From Octopus sinensis (lineage: Eukaryota): 64,000 nt of DNA. The translations under genes were made by a program, and so were the position numbers. The stretch covers positions 12,214,001 through 12,278,000 of the forward strand of contig NC_043013.1 in assembly GCF_006345805.1 (NCBI RefSeq). The letters are read 5' to 3'. Within the stretch, counting starts at the first letter, position 1, and each line of letters begins with the position of its first letter. The notes under the pieces were generated by a model that worked only from the letters and a program-made list of their open reading frames with translations, searched no databases and had not been told where the DNA came from. Positions 25,590-38,387 of the stretch are shown piece after piece.

Positions 25590-25689
25590 NNNNNNNNNNN
25601 NNNNNNNNNNNNNNNNNNNNNNNNNNNNNNNNNNNNNNNNNNNNNNNNNNNNNNNNNNNNNNNNNNNNNNNNNNNNNNNNNNNNNNNNN
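25590..25689. other. Assembly gap (100 N)
   Basis: Read directly. Confidence 1.
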
Positions 25690-26093
25690 CCAACAAATAA
25701 AATCAACTTCACCCCAGACTCTCTCTCTCTCTCTCTTTCACTCTTTTTGTCGTTTTGTCTGTCTGGCTTGCTGGCTGTCTCTGTTTGTATGTCTCTCTCT
25801 CTCTCTCTGTCGCCCTTCCTCTGTGTAAAACAGTGATCTCTAAGCATTTTAATCCTGATGTTTTGAAAACTTACTTTCATTTGTAATCCTAGTATTGGAG
25901 CATCAATCACAAACAAATGCCTTAGATCAGTTAAACATTTAAGAGTGATAATACTTTTAGAACATGGTATCACAGAGAGAGAGGGCGAGAGAGAGAGAGA
26001 GAAAGCGAGGTGGGGAGACACAGTAGAGATTACAAAACAATGCCAGGGTGCTGATGCAATATGAAGCAGTAAACTTTTGTTGCATTCCTTTAG

Positions 26094-26178
26094 GTTCCAA
26101 GACTCAATCATACTAGGAGCAATAATTGGTGTTTCGTTTCTACCATGGAGTTGGGCGTTTCGGGAAATTCTCGAATGA
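26094..26178 (+). other. Candidate plus-strand exon containing a Kozak ATG
   Basis: Acceptor CTTTTGTTGCATTCCTTTAG|, internal ACCATGG (MELGVSGNSRM), donor |GTAAGT. Confidence 0.3.
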
Positions 26179-26629
26179 GTAAGTGAGAGAGAAAGAGACA
26201 CAGTGAGGGAGAATACAGCAAGAACGAGAGACAGAGAAAAAGGAGAGGGGGAGAAAGAGAGGAGAGAATGAAAAAGGGGAGAGAGAGATGGAGATATATA
26301 TATATAGAGAGAAAGAGATATGGAGAAAAGGTCAATGATGAGAGGGAAATGAGAAAAGAGGGCAAGACAGAAAGAAAGTAGGACACTGGACTGTTTTGTG
26401 TTGTTCCCATTTCGAATTCCGGCTGAGAGAGAGAGAGAGAGAGAGAAAGACGCAAACAGGCAGAGTGAGAGAGGAGGAGAGAGAAAATTGAGCCTTGATT
26501 TTATTAGAGGTGGATCTATGGCTAATAGGGGCGATGTGCATAAATATCACAACCACCACCACACCACCACCACCAACACACCACCACCACTACTACTGTC
26601 GTTGTCGTCAGCGCCTTCCTCTCTCTCAC

Positions 26630-26662
26630 CATGACTCATCGTGGCTTCTTGCCTGGGTTGCA
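26630..26662 (-). CDS. Candidate exon 5 (CNPGKKPR*, stop 26636-26638)
   Basis: Acceptor CACATTACTTTTCAG|, donor ATG|GTGAGA; 89-nt intron to exon 4. Confidence 0.28.
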
Positions 26663-26751
26663 CTGAAAAGTAATGTGACGCCGAATGCTGGAGACCATGA
26701 ATGAAAAACTTATTGAATGCCCGGGACCAAAAGGCACGTCTACGCCCTCAC

Positions 26752-26794
26752 CATCCGTGCACCCAGCTGGATCGCTCGCCTGTTGTATTGGGAT
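26752..26794 (-). CDS. Candidate exon 4 (43 nt; SQYNRRAIQLGARM)
   Basis: Long pyrimidine tract ending CCCTACCAG| (partly from a GA repeat), donor ATG|GTGAGG. Confidence 0.38.
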
Positions 26795-27135
26795 CTGGTA
26801 GGGCAGAGAGAAAGAGGAAGAGAGAGGGAGAGAGAAGTTGTCCCGCTGTGGTTAAGTAACCAGGGTTGTGATTTGTAAACCAGTGGCTTATATCAGGCTC
26901 CAGTGCTTGTCAATAAAGTTATTGTTTGTTAATTGGCTATGTGTGTGTGTGTACACGATGTGTACATAAGCACACACACACCCACACACTCACGCATGCA
27001 CGCGCACACTCCCACACACTCATGCATGCACGCACACACACATGCACAGACACACACATGCGTATATATAAAAGCTTTTATATATGTGTATATAGAATAT
27101 ACATATACAAATAATACAAGTCGTCTCAAAAGTAA

Positions 27136-27297
27136 TAGGCGTGGTTGCCTGGTAAGAAGCCTGCTTCCCAACCCTATGGCTCCGGGTTCAATCCCACAGT
27201 GTGACAACTGGGGCAAGTGATTTCTATAATAGTCCCAGGCCGACCAAGGCCTTGTAAACGGATTTGGTTGACGGAAACTGAAAGAAGCCCATCTTAC

Positions 27298-27333
<36 letters not shown>

Positions 27334-27560
27334 ATGTATGTATGCTTGTATGTATATACCTGTGTGTGTGCCTTTGTATACTCACCGCTGCTTGGCAAAG
27401 TGTATTGGTTTATGTCCGGGTAACTTAGAGAGTCGACAGAATAAGCACCAGGCTTACAAAATATGTACTGGGGTCGATTTTTTCCACTAAACCCTTCTAG
27501 GCGGTGCACCTCATTGGCTGCAGTCCAATGACTGAAACAAGTCAAAGATGAAAGAAAAGA
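27136..27560 (+). mobile_element. SINE A, diverged full length
   Basis: Colinear with 15447-15862. Confidence 0.88.
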
Positions 27561-27580
27561 TAATGCATTTAATTACCTAT

Positions 27581-27890
27581 TCTTTTATTTGTTTCAGTCA
27601 TTTGACTGTGGCCATGCTGGAGCACCGCATTTAGTCGAGCAGATCGACCCCAGGACTTATTCTTTGTAAGCCTAGTACTTATTCTATCAGCACTAAGTTA
27701 CGGGGACGTAAACACATCAGCATCGGTTGTCAAACGATATTGGGGGGGACAAACACAAGCACACAAACACTCACACACACACGCACACACACACACACAC
27801 ATATACATATACAAGGTACCACACAGTGGGACTGAACCCGGAACCATGTGGTTGGCAAGCAAGCTACTTACCACACAGCCACTTATGCAC
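27581..27890 (-). mobile_element. SINE A with internal deletion
   Basis: Tail, middle and head present; the CORE-like part is missing between two CAAGG motifs. Confidence 0.9.
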
Positions 27891-28121
27891 CTCTATCCAT
27901 TTATGTATCATACTTAATGTAAATTCATCATGGTAAGCAAAATCTATTGCAGTATACTTACGGAGATAACATCTCTTATGGACGTATTGTGTAAAAAACG
28001 CAATATGTATATATCAATAGCAGACGGCGTTCGGCCAGACAGCGCCGAATAAAGACACTGGATGCAGTTCTGTTTCGTTTGGGTCTTATCAGTAGCGTCT
28101 ACTCACAGCTATCGGTCTTAC

Positions 28122-28153
28122 GCAAAATCCGTCACCACCGATATATACAAAGA
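28122..28153 (-). CDS. Candidate exon 3 (32 nt; SLYISVVTDF)
   Basis: Acceptor TTGTTTGTTTACAG|, donor |GTAAGA (alternative GTGAGT 15 nt further). Confidence 0.35.
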
Positions 28154-28321
28154 CTGTAAACAAACAATCCCTAGTGATTGCAAGGAGACCACCAGCTGAA
28201 TAAAAGACCTGTTATGTGCAACAGAAGCAGTATTAGATTAAGATAGCGATTTGTGAGTCATACTTAATAGAAGAACATATAAGAATGACAAAAATTTTGT
28301 TGCAGTATTTGTCTTATGGAG

Positions 28322-28632
28322 TGGAGGCGCAATGGCCCAGTGGTTAGGGCAGCGGACTCGCGGTTGTACGATCGCAGTTTCGATTCCCAGACCGGGCGTT
28401 GTCGGGGTTTATTGAGCGGAAACACCTAAAGCTCAACGAGGTTCCGGCAGGAGGTGGCGGCGATCCCCGCTGTACACTTTCGCCACTGTTTTGTTTCACT
28501 CTTTCTTCTGTTGGCCTGCTCGCTTAGCCAAGCGGGGTGGCGTCATTTGAAGGCTAAAACAATGCGAAGCGCATTGTGACCAGCGATGTGTAGCAACATC
28601 TGATAGCCTGATCGGTTACAGTGATCACGGTG
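28322..28632 (+). mobile_element. SINE C1 with 12-bp TSD
   Basis: ATTTGTCTTATG at 28307-28318 and 28633-28644. Confidence 0.95.
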
Positions 28633-28834
28633 ATTTGTCTTATGAGTGTGCAAGGTTAAGAAAAAAAACAAAAAAAACAATACGTTTCCATCGAGGGGAA
28701 ACGAAGTTCATCCAGGGTTCGACGAGTGCTCGAACGAATTTAGAGGGTAAATAAACTCACCAATGAAATTCCATTATTTTATTTTACCCTTGCTCTGGAC
28801 TCGAACGTTTGTTTCTTTTCTCCATCGGAGTCGT

Positions 28835-28880
<46 letters not shown>

Positions 28881-29926
28881 GTCGTCGTCGTCGTCGTCGT
28901 CGTCATCATCAGCAGCACCACGTTTATCCCAACCTTCCTCTTCTTTTTCTAAATTATCATAGACTTCCTCTCTTTTTCTGAACTTCTTATATCTCCCATT
29001 TTTTCATATTTACATGAGTTCATCGTTTCATTGTAGGTATCTAAGCGCGCACGCATGTGTGTGCGCGTGAATGTGCGTGTGTGTGTGTGTGTGTGTGTAT
29101 GCAAATACATGAATTACATATTTACACACAAACACACACGATATATATATAAATAATAAAAAATGGGACAAGAACGCAAAACATCCAAATAGACGATACA
29201 AAAAACACGGACGGGTCATTCGAAGCCTTTAATCTTCAGTCAAGAACCGGATCATCCTCGCAATTTCGGCTGATTAATCTTGAGATTGCTCCAATCTGGC
29301 CAACATATTCATATATTATGTATATATATTATGTATAAAATATCGATATATCTGAATATCACACACACACACACATGTATACACACACACATGTATACAC
29401 ACACACACACATATATTATGTATGTGTTCATATATCATATATATATATGTGTGTGTGTGTTAGTGTGTGTGCGTGCATGCATGCCTCGTGTGTGTGCGTG
29501 TGTATGTGTGTGTGTGTGCCTGCGTGTGTGTGTGTATTCGGTATGTGTCCATAGGTTTGTATTCTGTACAGAATATCTAGGAGCAATCTTAGTGGTTGTT
29601 GTTAAACATACCATTTAAATATTTCAGTGTCATTTCATTTGCCAAGAAAGTGCACCCAGAAAACGGGGACAGGAGGTTCCCAAAGAAACCATATACACCG
29701 ACCACCACCACCACCACTAACAACAACAACATTAACAACAACTACAGCAACAACAAAAGCAACAACAGCAGTAGCAGCAGCGGCAGCAGCAATAGTCACA
29801 ACGTCAAGTACAGTAAAAATAAACACTAAAAAACATAATAGTTTTAAAAATATAAACAACCTGTTTCATTTCTAACCACCTTTGCAATACTGGGCTATCC
29901 AACGGATATGATCATGATCATCATCA

Positions 29927-29981
<55 letters not shown>

Positions 29982-31471
29982 CATTATTTATTATTATTGC
30001 TGTTGTTGTTGTTGTTGTGTGTATTCTTATAATTTTTGTTGCAACTCAGCTATGAGGACAAATAGAATCAGAGCTAGTAGGGAGTGATATACGTGTTTGG
30101 CAGGGGTGTTGTTGTTGGTGGTGGTGTCGATGTTGTTGTTGTTTGGGTGTTGTGTTGTTGTTGTTGTTTTTGTGTGGTGGTGGTGGTGGTGGTTGTGTCG
30201 TTGGTAGGGTGTTTTAGCAGTAAGAAATATAATTTCACGCGCTACCAAATGCGATAATATCCGTTAACTGTGTCTGATGGACGGACGAATCATTTTTATT
30301 CAAGTACAACTATGGAAACTGGATTTTAATCCCGAGACAGAGACAGAAAGAGTCAAAAGGAGAGAGAGAGAGAGAATGAGAGAGAAAGAGAGAGACACGA
30401 GTAATAGTTATCCTGATTACTTCATGTTTTGGGGGCTCTCCCCCGTCTCTCGCTCAGTCGTAAAGTTTAAATGGGGCGGCGACATCTCACTGATACAACA
30501 TTCTAACATGGCGACCCCATACTTTTAAAATCATTGGTTTCACTCTTTTTCTCATTCAATATAGCATTTTCTCTTCTATTTTCTTCATATATATACATAC
30601 ATACATACATGTGTGTGTGTGTGTGTGTGTTTCCCTTTCTGTTTCACAAAGTTTTGGTGCAGAATGTAGCCCTCGATTCTCGATATGTAAATAATGCTTT
30701 ACATAAGTAATTCCCATATAGTTATTCGTATTCCCTCGTTACCCACCCCAACTCCATTTCTCTTAATCTCTCCTCTCTTCTCCTCCACCTCTCTTCTACT
30801 TCCCCCCCCTCTCTCGCTCTAAAACTTCTTTTTTAACAAGATTGTAGAAAAATAGATTCTGATTGGTTAATAAATATATTGGCAACTTTGTTGGTTGGCT
30901 GGTTTGTTGCTTGTTTGTATGCTTGCTAACATTTAATCTTGCTAGAAGCTAATGAAAAACATCTTTTTGTTGAGGTTATGTATACAGGACGAAATGGTTG
31001 AGTTCATAAAGTCTTTCTGTTTGTTACATGTCAGTCAAAGGTTCGAATTTAACCATGGTATTGCTCGATGCATCCTTAAAAAAAAATCCATCATTCGATT
31101 GCAGTCTTGCTAGGAGAGCACTTTGAAGGGAGTTAGTCGAACAGATCGTTCCCAATACTTAAGTTTTAAATCTGGTATTCATTATATCGTTCTCTTTCAC
31201 TGAACCGCTGAAATATGGTCGGTGCATTGTGTTCTTGAGCAAAAGCTTTTCATTTGACGTTGCTCTGTGGTCTCTTCCACATTTTACGGGTTGGGCCGCC
31301 GCTTGCCATAGGCACGGGAACGGAGGTTGCAAACACATCCCTTAAATTTTCGAGGATGGGAGCAATGAAAACGCTTTGGAACATCCTCCACGAACGAGGG
31401 CAGAAACATCTTGAAACTGATTGAAACATTACTTTACCATTATTGGATTTATCTGAAGACGCTGGATAGAA

Positions 31472-31652
31472 TGTTTGGCAGTATTTCGCCCGTCGCTTCG
31501 TTCTCAGCACAAAATCCGCCGAGATCAACTTTGCCTTTCATCCTTTAGGGGTCGATGAAATAATTACCAGTTACGCACTGGAGTCGATATAATCGACTGG
31601 CCCCTTCTCAAAAAATTTTGAAGGCCTTGCGCCTAGAGTAGAAATAATTATT
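31472..31652 (+). mobile_element. SINE B2 (B body with alternative tail), 5'-truncated
   Basis: B body followed by GGCCTTGCGCCTAGAGTAGAAATAATTATT. Confidence 0.85.
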
Positions 31653-31966
31653 GGATTTATCGGATTTGACTTATGTGCCAATATAAGAGTAATAATAATT
31701 ATTATACCTGTGTTTGTTTTGATAATTAATGTAGAAATTTTATAAGCACTACCGGCTTATAAAATTTTGAGCGCCTTATTGAACAACGAAGCCTTAGGTA
31801 CTCCATGTATGAACTATAAAAACAAATAAAATAGATAAAGTCGATACGCTCTCAGCTCGAATGCGTTAGCGCAAAAGACTGTGCAGTGTTGACTCGGGAA
31901 TAAGCAACAAGTGTTTATATACTCATAGTAAAAAGTGTAAATGTAGGCCAACAAAGCTTTTTTTTT

Positions 31967-32195
31967 TTAACTCTCCTGATACCGACCCTCTTGAGACCAA
32001 CCTTTACTTCTACGATGCAATTTTCTTGTTTAAAAATAATTTAAATTAAAAACCGACCATCAAAATTTCATGCGAAATTATGTTCCCAGCATCGGTGTAA
32101 TCGCGAGTTGTTTTTATTAAATTCTTTGTTATTTTCAAAATTCATTGAATGGAAAATAGCATCTTCTAACAGAAGTATGCTAACCAAAGAGTTAA
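31967..32195. mobile_element. piggyBac-like MITE
   Basis: Ends TTAACTCT...AGAGTTAA (TTAA target plus short TIR). Confidence 0.5.
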
Positions 32196-32969
32196 TTTGT
32201 ATTCTCTATCCTCACATAATGATATCAAAACAATCGTACGTAATATAAAGTCATGAGCAAACTGTCACATTTGGCCTTCAGCATTTTCTGAATGACACGT
32301 ATAACGTCTATTCTTTTAGTAATGCGGCCCGCTTAATAAAGAGTCCTATCTCAAGTAGCCCACTTCGAGAAAATTTGCACATGCTTGTCTGATATCGTAG
32401 TACATTTGGACCGGTGGAGTGTATACAAAAGCTTCTAACGAGGGTGACTTGCACACAGAAACACTGCCAATGGGTAAAAAGGGTTTTTTATCGTGATGTG
32501 AATACAATACCTTGTGTTGTCATACATTTATTTTTTTCGATGTTTGCTTTACAGCATGCATTTTCTGCACATTATTGTCCCCAACGAACTAATCAATGGT
32601 GCACTTCAATTGAAGGGTTGTCTGACAATAAAGTTAACTAATTTTCAAGTAAAGACTTGGGAAAATGGAATTTAATTTCAGATTTGCATGACCTGGCTCT
32701 TCATCGTTTTTAATCATTGCATTACATGGTATTCTCTTCTATATTGCTAATATACGAGGTCTAATTCTTGCAAAACAAAGTAGCTTATGTTTTTAAAGCG
32801 TTTTCGCAGGATGAATGAATAGAACTTCGGTTTTGTACCGCCTCTGCCGCTACTAAATTTCACGCATTGCGCTGCTGTGTTAAGAATAATTCCAACGTTC
32901 AAATTTTATTGTCAATTTAAATGCTCTATACCAGTGATGGCGATCATATGACACGTATCGTTTCTAGTT

Positions 32970-33570
32970 TAGTCCCACGGCGTGGCAACTCGGGTAAGTG
33001 CTATATACTATAGGCTCTAGGCCAGGGCTGGCGAACATGAGGCCCGTACACTTATCTTGCGGCTCGCTTGATACTTTCTTGAAATGGTTTTATTTAAACA
33101 GACATTTTAAAAATTTTATCAAAAATTAAAGATTCCAACGATAATATTTCATGTTGAATTAACGATCATTCATTCATTATTATAAGAATAATATGAGAAA
33201 GCAAAATGCTTTCAATTCTGTCTGTATACAAGCTGCCCTCAAAAAGCTTTCCGTGATTAAACTGGCCTGCAATGTAAATCGAGCTGGCCAGGCATAGAGT
33301 CTAGGTAAACCAAAGCTTTGTGGCTTGATTATGTAGACAGAAAATCAAAGAGTCCCGTCGTGTGTGTGGGCGTGCGTGTGTGTTAGTGTATACGTCCCCC
33401 CTTCCACCTCCACCGAAGCTGGACAACTGTTGATTGCTTGTTTACGTTCCTGTAACTTAGTGGTTCGTCCTGAGAGAATAATAGAATATGGAATAGATTT
33501 TAAAGTAAAGCTATTTACCGGGTTAGATTCGTTCGACTTAAACACTGGTTCCCAAAGCAAGCAGTACGGC
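32970..33570 (+). mobile_element. Old SINE A interrupted by a hAT-like MITE
   Basis: SINE A sequence resumes at ~33305 (AACCAAAGCTTTGTG) after the insert. Confidence 0.7.
33023..33297. mobile_element. hAT (Charlie-like) MITE
   Basis: Left TIR CAGGGCTGGCGAAC, degenerate right TIR GCTGGCCAGGCATAG, imperfect TSD CTCTAGGC / GTCTAGGT. Confidence 0.6.
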
Positions 33571-33689
33571 GCCGCGCTGAGCGCGGTAGAAAGATCCAGG
33601 GGTTGGGGCACTGTGGAAAAGTGAGGTGGGATAATGGGGCAGCCAAAAAGAAGCAAGTGATGTAAAAACAAAAAAATGTGTTAATTTAC

Positions 33690-34065
33690 ACTTTTTACTA
33701 TTTTACTTGTTTTAGTCATTTGACTGCTGTCATGCTGGAGAACCGCCTTTAGTCGTGCAAATCGACCCCAGGACTTATTCTTTGTAAGCCTAGTACTTAT
33801 TCTATCGGTCTCTTATGCCGAACCGCTAAGTTACGGGGATGTAAACACACCACCATCGATTGTCAAGCAATGCTGGGGGGATAATCACAGACACACAAAC
33901 GTACATGTATATATACATATATACGACGGGCTTCTTTCAGTTTCCGTCTACCAAATTCACTCACAAGGCTTTGGTCGGCCCGAGGCTATAGTAGGTGCCA
34001 CGCAGTAGGAATGAACCCGGAGCCATGTGGTTGGTAAGCAAGCTACTTACACACTCCTGCACCTA
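33690..34065 (-). mobile_element. SINE A, near full length
   Basis: Colinear, with one short deletion. Confidence 0.92.
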
Positions 34066-34900
34066 ATTTGGTTAAGTTTTTTGAAATGCAGATGTTCTGA
34101 ATTTGTTGCAGAATGTGGTGTACATTTGTGGTGGTGAGGCGGGGAGGCGCAAGGAATGTGGCCTAGGTACCAAGGGGTAGTAGCGAGAAATAGTTTGGGG
34201 AATCACTGGACTAAAACTTAGAAGATGGTCGTAATCCAATGATTAAAACAAGTAAAGGATAAAGGATAAATGTACGAGTTCGTGGGTAGATATAAATAAA
34301 TACACCCGTATGTATATATATTATATATATGATATATCTGCATATATATGCGTGTATGTGTGTGCATGTATATATGTATATGTGTGCGTGTATATATATA
34401 TGCACATGCATATTTCCACACACGCACACACACACATACTCACATACAGACACACACATACATGCACACACACAGACCACACACACAATACATATATATA
34501 TATATATATATATTATATTAAATAAATATTATATATAAATATGGGTAGATGTATCTATGAATGCGAATATGACTGGATGAATTTATACATATATATTTAT
34601 ATATATATATATATATATATATTAATATATATATATATATATATATACATGTGTTTGTGTTTGAGTGAGTGTGTATGTGTGCGTGCGTGCGTGTGTGTAT
34701 TTATACAAGCACATCCATAGAGAGATACCTACTTAAGTTGAATCACCATTTAAAGTCGTACTTAAAGAGTGGACATTGATTTATAATATGTCCCCTCGTT
34801 ATATCAATACCATAAAACCCCTCGCCATTTTCACGCAGTTGTCGTTATCTTCACACTCATAAAACTATCAGCAACTCGCTTTCACACTCATTCTCTTTCT

Positions 34901-34953
<53 letters not shown>

Positions 34954-35252
34954 TTTCTACTCCTTTACATGTCTCCCTACACCCAATTCTACTTCGTTGC
35001 CGGTTCTTAGTTTCAAAACATTCTCCTTTGATCTTTCTTGTTCTTCGGTTTGGACTTCATTGAGTTTTATTTTATTCTTCCTATTTTTGTCTCATTTTTT
35101 TTCCTTCTTCCTCCATATTTGTTCAATCTTAGCTCTGCACTTGAAGCAATAAATCAGTCGATCAACACAGCCGAATTCTAGTCTATCTGCCCGTCACTTA
35201 TTTAAAATATCTATCTATCTGTCGGTCTGTCTGTCTGTTTGTCCTCCTCCTC

Positions 35253-35294
<42 letters not shown>

Positions 35295-35528
35295 CTTGTC
35301 TATTTACTTCCCTCTCTTACACACACATGCGAGCAGCACACGTACATGGACATTTTTTTCGATACGTCGTCGATTTCTTTTCCTTCAGAAGACAGACTAA
35401 CGTCCGAAGCGTCGGTGGCGCTCGTTGTTCTTTCCGTTTAAACGTTAAACTGTGTTATTGTGCATCTTACTATATTCTCTCACTGTCTTATCTATCTTCC
35501 GCGTGTATATGTGAGTGTAGGTGTCTGT

Positions 35529-35640
35529 GGAGGCACGTAGCTTAGTGATTAGGGTGTTGACTTCGTGGTTTCAAATACTGGAACAGAGCTAGGTGTTGTG
35601 TTCTTCCGCAACGCACTTCATTTCAAATTTTTGCCCTGTA
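35529..35640 (+). mobile_element. SINE D fragment
   Basis: TAGCTTAGTGATTAGGG...GTTGTGTTCTT...GCACTTCATTTC. Confidence 0.55.
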
Positions 35641-35666
35641 CCGAAATGACACGAATAATAAAGTTA

Positions 35667-35908
35667 GGCATAGGAGTGGCTGTGTGGTAAGAAGCTTGCA
35701 TCCAACCACATGGTTCCGGGTTCAGTCACGCTGCGTGGCACCTTGGGCAAGTGTCTTCTACTATAGCTTCGGGCCGACCAAAGCCTTGTGAGTGGATTTG
35801 GTAGACTGGAAACTGAAAGAAGCCCGTCATATATATGTATGCATATACGTAGGTGTGTGTATATCTTTGTGTGTCTGTGTTTGTCTCCCCAACATCACTT
35901 GACAACCG
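35667..35908 (+). mobile_element. SINE A, 5' portion
   Basis: Well-conserved head and CORE-like segment. Confidence 0.92.
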
Positions 35909-36252
35909 TTTGTGTGTATATACACACACACACACCATATATATATATATATACATACATACATACATACACATATATATATATACACACACATACATAC
36001 ATACATATATATACATATATACACATAAACGATGATGATGATGATGATGATATTATATCTATATCAGCCTTTTTGAGAGACGAAGAATATACTATCACGG
36101 CAAAATAATAGTGATGAGTTGCTACTCGTGTGTAAATGATGGAATTGGATGTTGGTATTATAATACAGCTAGAAGTTAACAGGAATCCACTGAACTTTTC
36201 AACCGTTTGCTATATAAAAAATATACATACATACCTACATATATATACATAC

Positions 36253-36324
<72 letters not shown>

Positions 36325-36705
36325 ATATATATATATATACCTATATATCTAATATATAACTCACATCTACAACTTCAACAAATCATCAAGCAGCACTACA
36401 AAGCGGACTTTGCAGGAGATATGAAGAATATTAAGATATAATAAACGTGAAAAAGAAATAGTAGATAAATAAATAAATAAATAAATAAAGTGAAATATAA
36501 ATTCATGATATGGATATAGGGTATGAATATGGAGAAATATCCTGTGGTGCTTCTCACTATGGTTTCAGTGAGGAATTAATCTTATCGCAACAATAAATAT
36601 TTATCAGAATGTTGAAGAAGCAGAATCATCAAAAGAGAGAATTATTCCTCGCTGTCTGCGAGAGCCGAGGTTTGATTTACATCTGTCGGAAATGTAGATG
36701 GAGGC

Positions 36706-36768
<63 letters not shown>

Positions 36769-36939
36769 ACACACACACACCGCATACTTGCATTCATTCA
36801 TACATACATACATATATATGTATCTGTGTGTGTTTGTCTCTATGTAACTATGCATGTTTGTATGCACGTATGTGTATATGTATGTATAAATGTGTGTATG
36901 TATATATATGTATGTATGTGTGTGTGTATGTATGTATAG

Positions 36940-37146
36940 CAAATCCGAAAAAGAAGAACAAACACACAAAAAACAAGAACGTGAGGACGTGGTACATGTG
37001 AAGTATGAGCAGACTCTCAGGGAAGGAAAGATGCTTTAACGTTTTGAGCAGACGCTCTTCTTCGGAAACAGAAGAAAGTCCAGTAGAAGAGAAGACAGAA
37101 GAGGAAAATCGCCAACGATTCTCGTGTGGTTACATTTTGAAAGGTG
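36940..37146 (-). mobile_element. Family P1 copy with degenerate hammerhead (37034-37069)
   Basis: Colinear with 322-536; core CCGAAGA...AAAA instead of GAAA. Confidence 0.6.
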
Positions 37147-37810
37147 TGTGTGTGTGCGCGCTTGTGTGTGGATACATATAGTTGTATGTGTATATAAATA
37201 TGTATTTATATGTGTATATTTATATATCTATATCTATATTTATATCTCTCTACATATGCATGTGTGTGTGTGTGCGTGTATATATCTGTGTGAGTGTGTT
37301 TGTATTTATGTGATCATGTATGCTTGTATATATTTGTGTGTATATGGTTGCATGCGTTTAATGTGCATGTATCACACTTGCAGCTGTTATTACCTGACGT
37401 AGAAGTGAATATGTATTGAAGTACACGCGCGCTCGCAGAGACAAGCATAAACACGTACCACTGCGCCTGCACCCACACGCTTTCGTTATGAGCGACAGAA
37501 AGAGCATTAATTCAAAATAGCAGCCTGTGTATCATATCTAATGTAGATATATCTTTTAAAGCTTTATAAACTGAGGTATTCATAATGAGAGAGTATCGCT
37601 TAAGATGTATAGTGATAATAAACGCAAAAATATATCAATAGCAACCGAAAATAACCTGCAGTAATGGTGGAATTGCTAAATACGTATTTCCCTTCCACAG
37701 GCAACCGAATGTTATTACAAAATTCACGGTTCTGTTGGAGTATAACGTGGTAATATTTTTTTACTAACGAAGATAGCACAATGTATCTTGTTCGTCTGTC
37801 TTCCACTTAC

Positions 37811-37849
37811 CGTGTACTTTCTTAATTTTTCTTCTTGTTTTAACGCATT
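37811..37849 (-). CDS. Candidate exon 2 (39 nt; NALKQEEKLRKYT)
   Basis: Acceptor TGCATTTGTTTTTCGCAG|, donor ACG|GTAAGT, length divisible by 3, unique sequence. Confidence 0.5.
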
Positions 37850-38387
37850 CTGCGAAAAACAAATGCACATAATTACAGATTACTACCTGTGTAATCACCG
37901 GGTTGATTATATTTTCGAGTACGTAGGGTTTTACAACTCAGGCTCAACAAAATTGCTGACGATTTTGTGCTCGACACACAGGTTTAATGCTTTCTTTTTT
38001 TGTCGATTTATACATCATGCCTATACATAGGTATGCCTTCACACATGCATGCATACATACACACACATACATGCACGCATAGACACATACTCACACACAC
38101 ATACATACATGCTTACTTACCAAATTGGTGCACTAGATTTTGTGAGTAAATACCTAAATATTAGGGTTTTCACAAAAGAATCAAAACAAATATTGTGTAC
38201 ATTACAAGTTCAAATTGTAAGCAGAACAGTAAAAATATTCAACACTTTCCTCAAGTTCAAAATGTTACATTGTTTTTGTAATCAATATTCCAAAGATGGA
38301 GCTTACTATCTTTGAGCGATACCAGCTTTTTCCTAACAGGTAATCTTCAAATAAATAAAACAAAAAAAGGTACATATCATCCACATA

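Noticed and set aside
25542-26201. 219-aa ORF, the longest in the track
   Set aside because: It reads through the N gap and CT/GA repeats.
28681-28720. CTGGATGA...GAAACGTA hammerhead-like string (minus)
   Set aside because: Core has an insertion and there is no stem I or stem II pairing.
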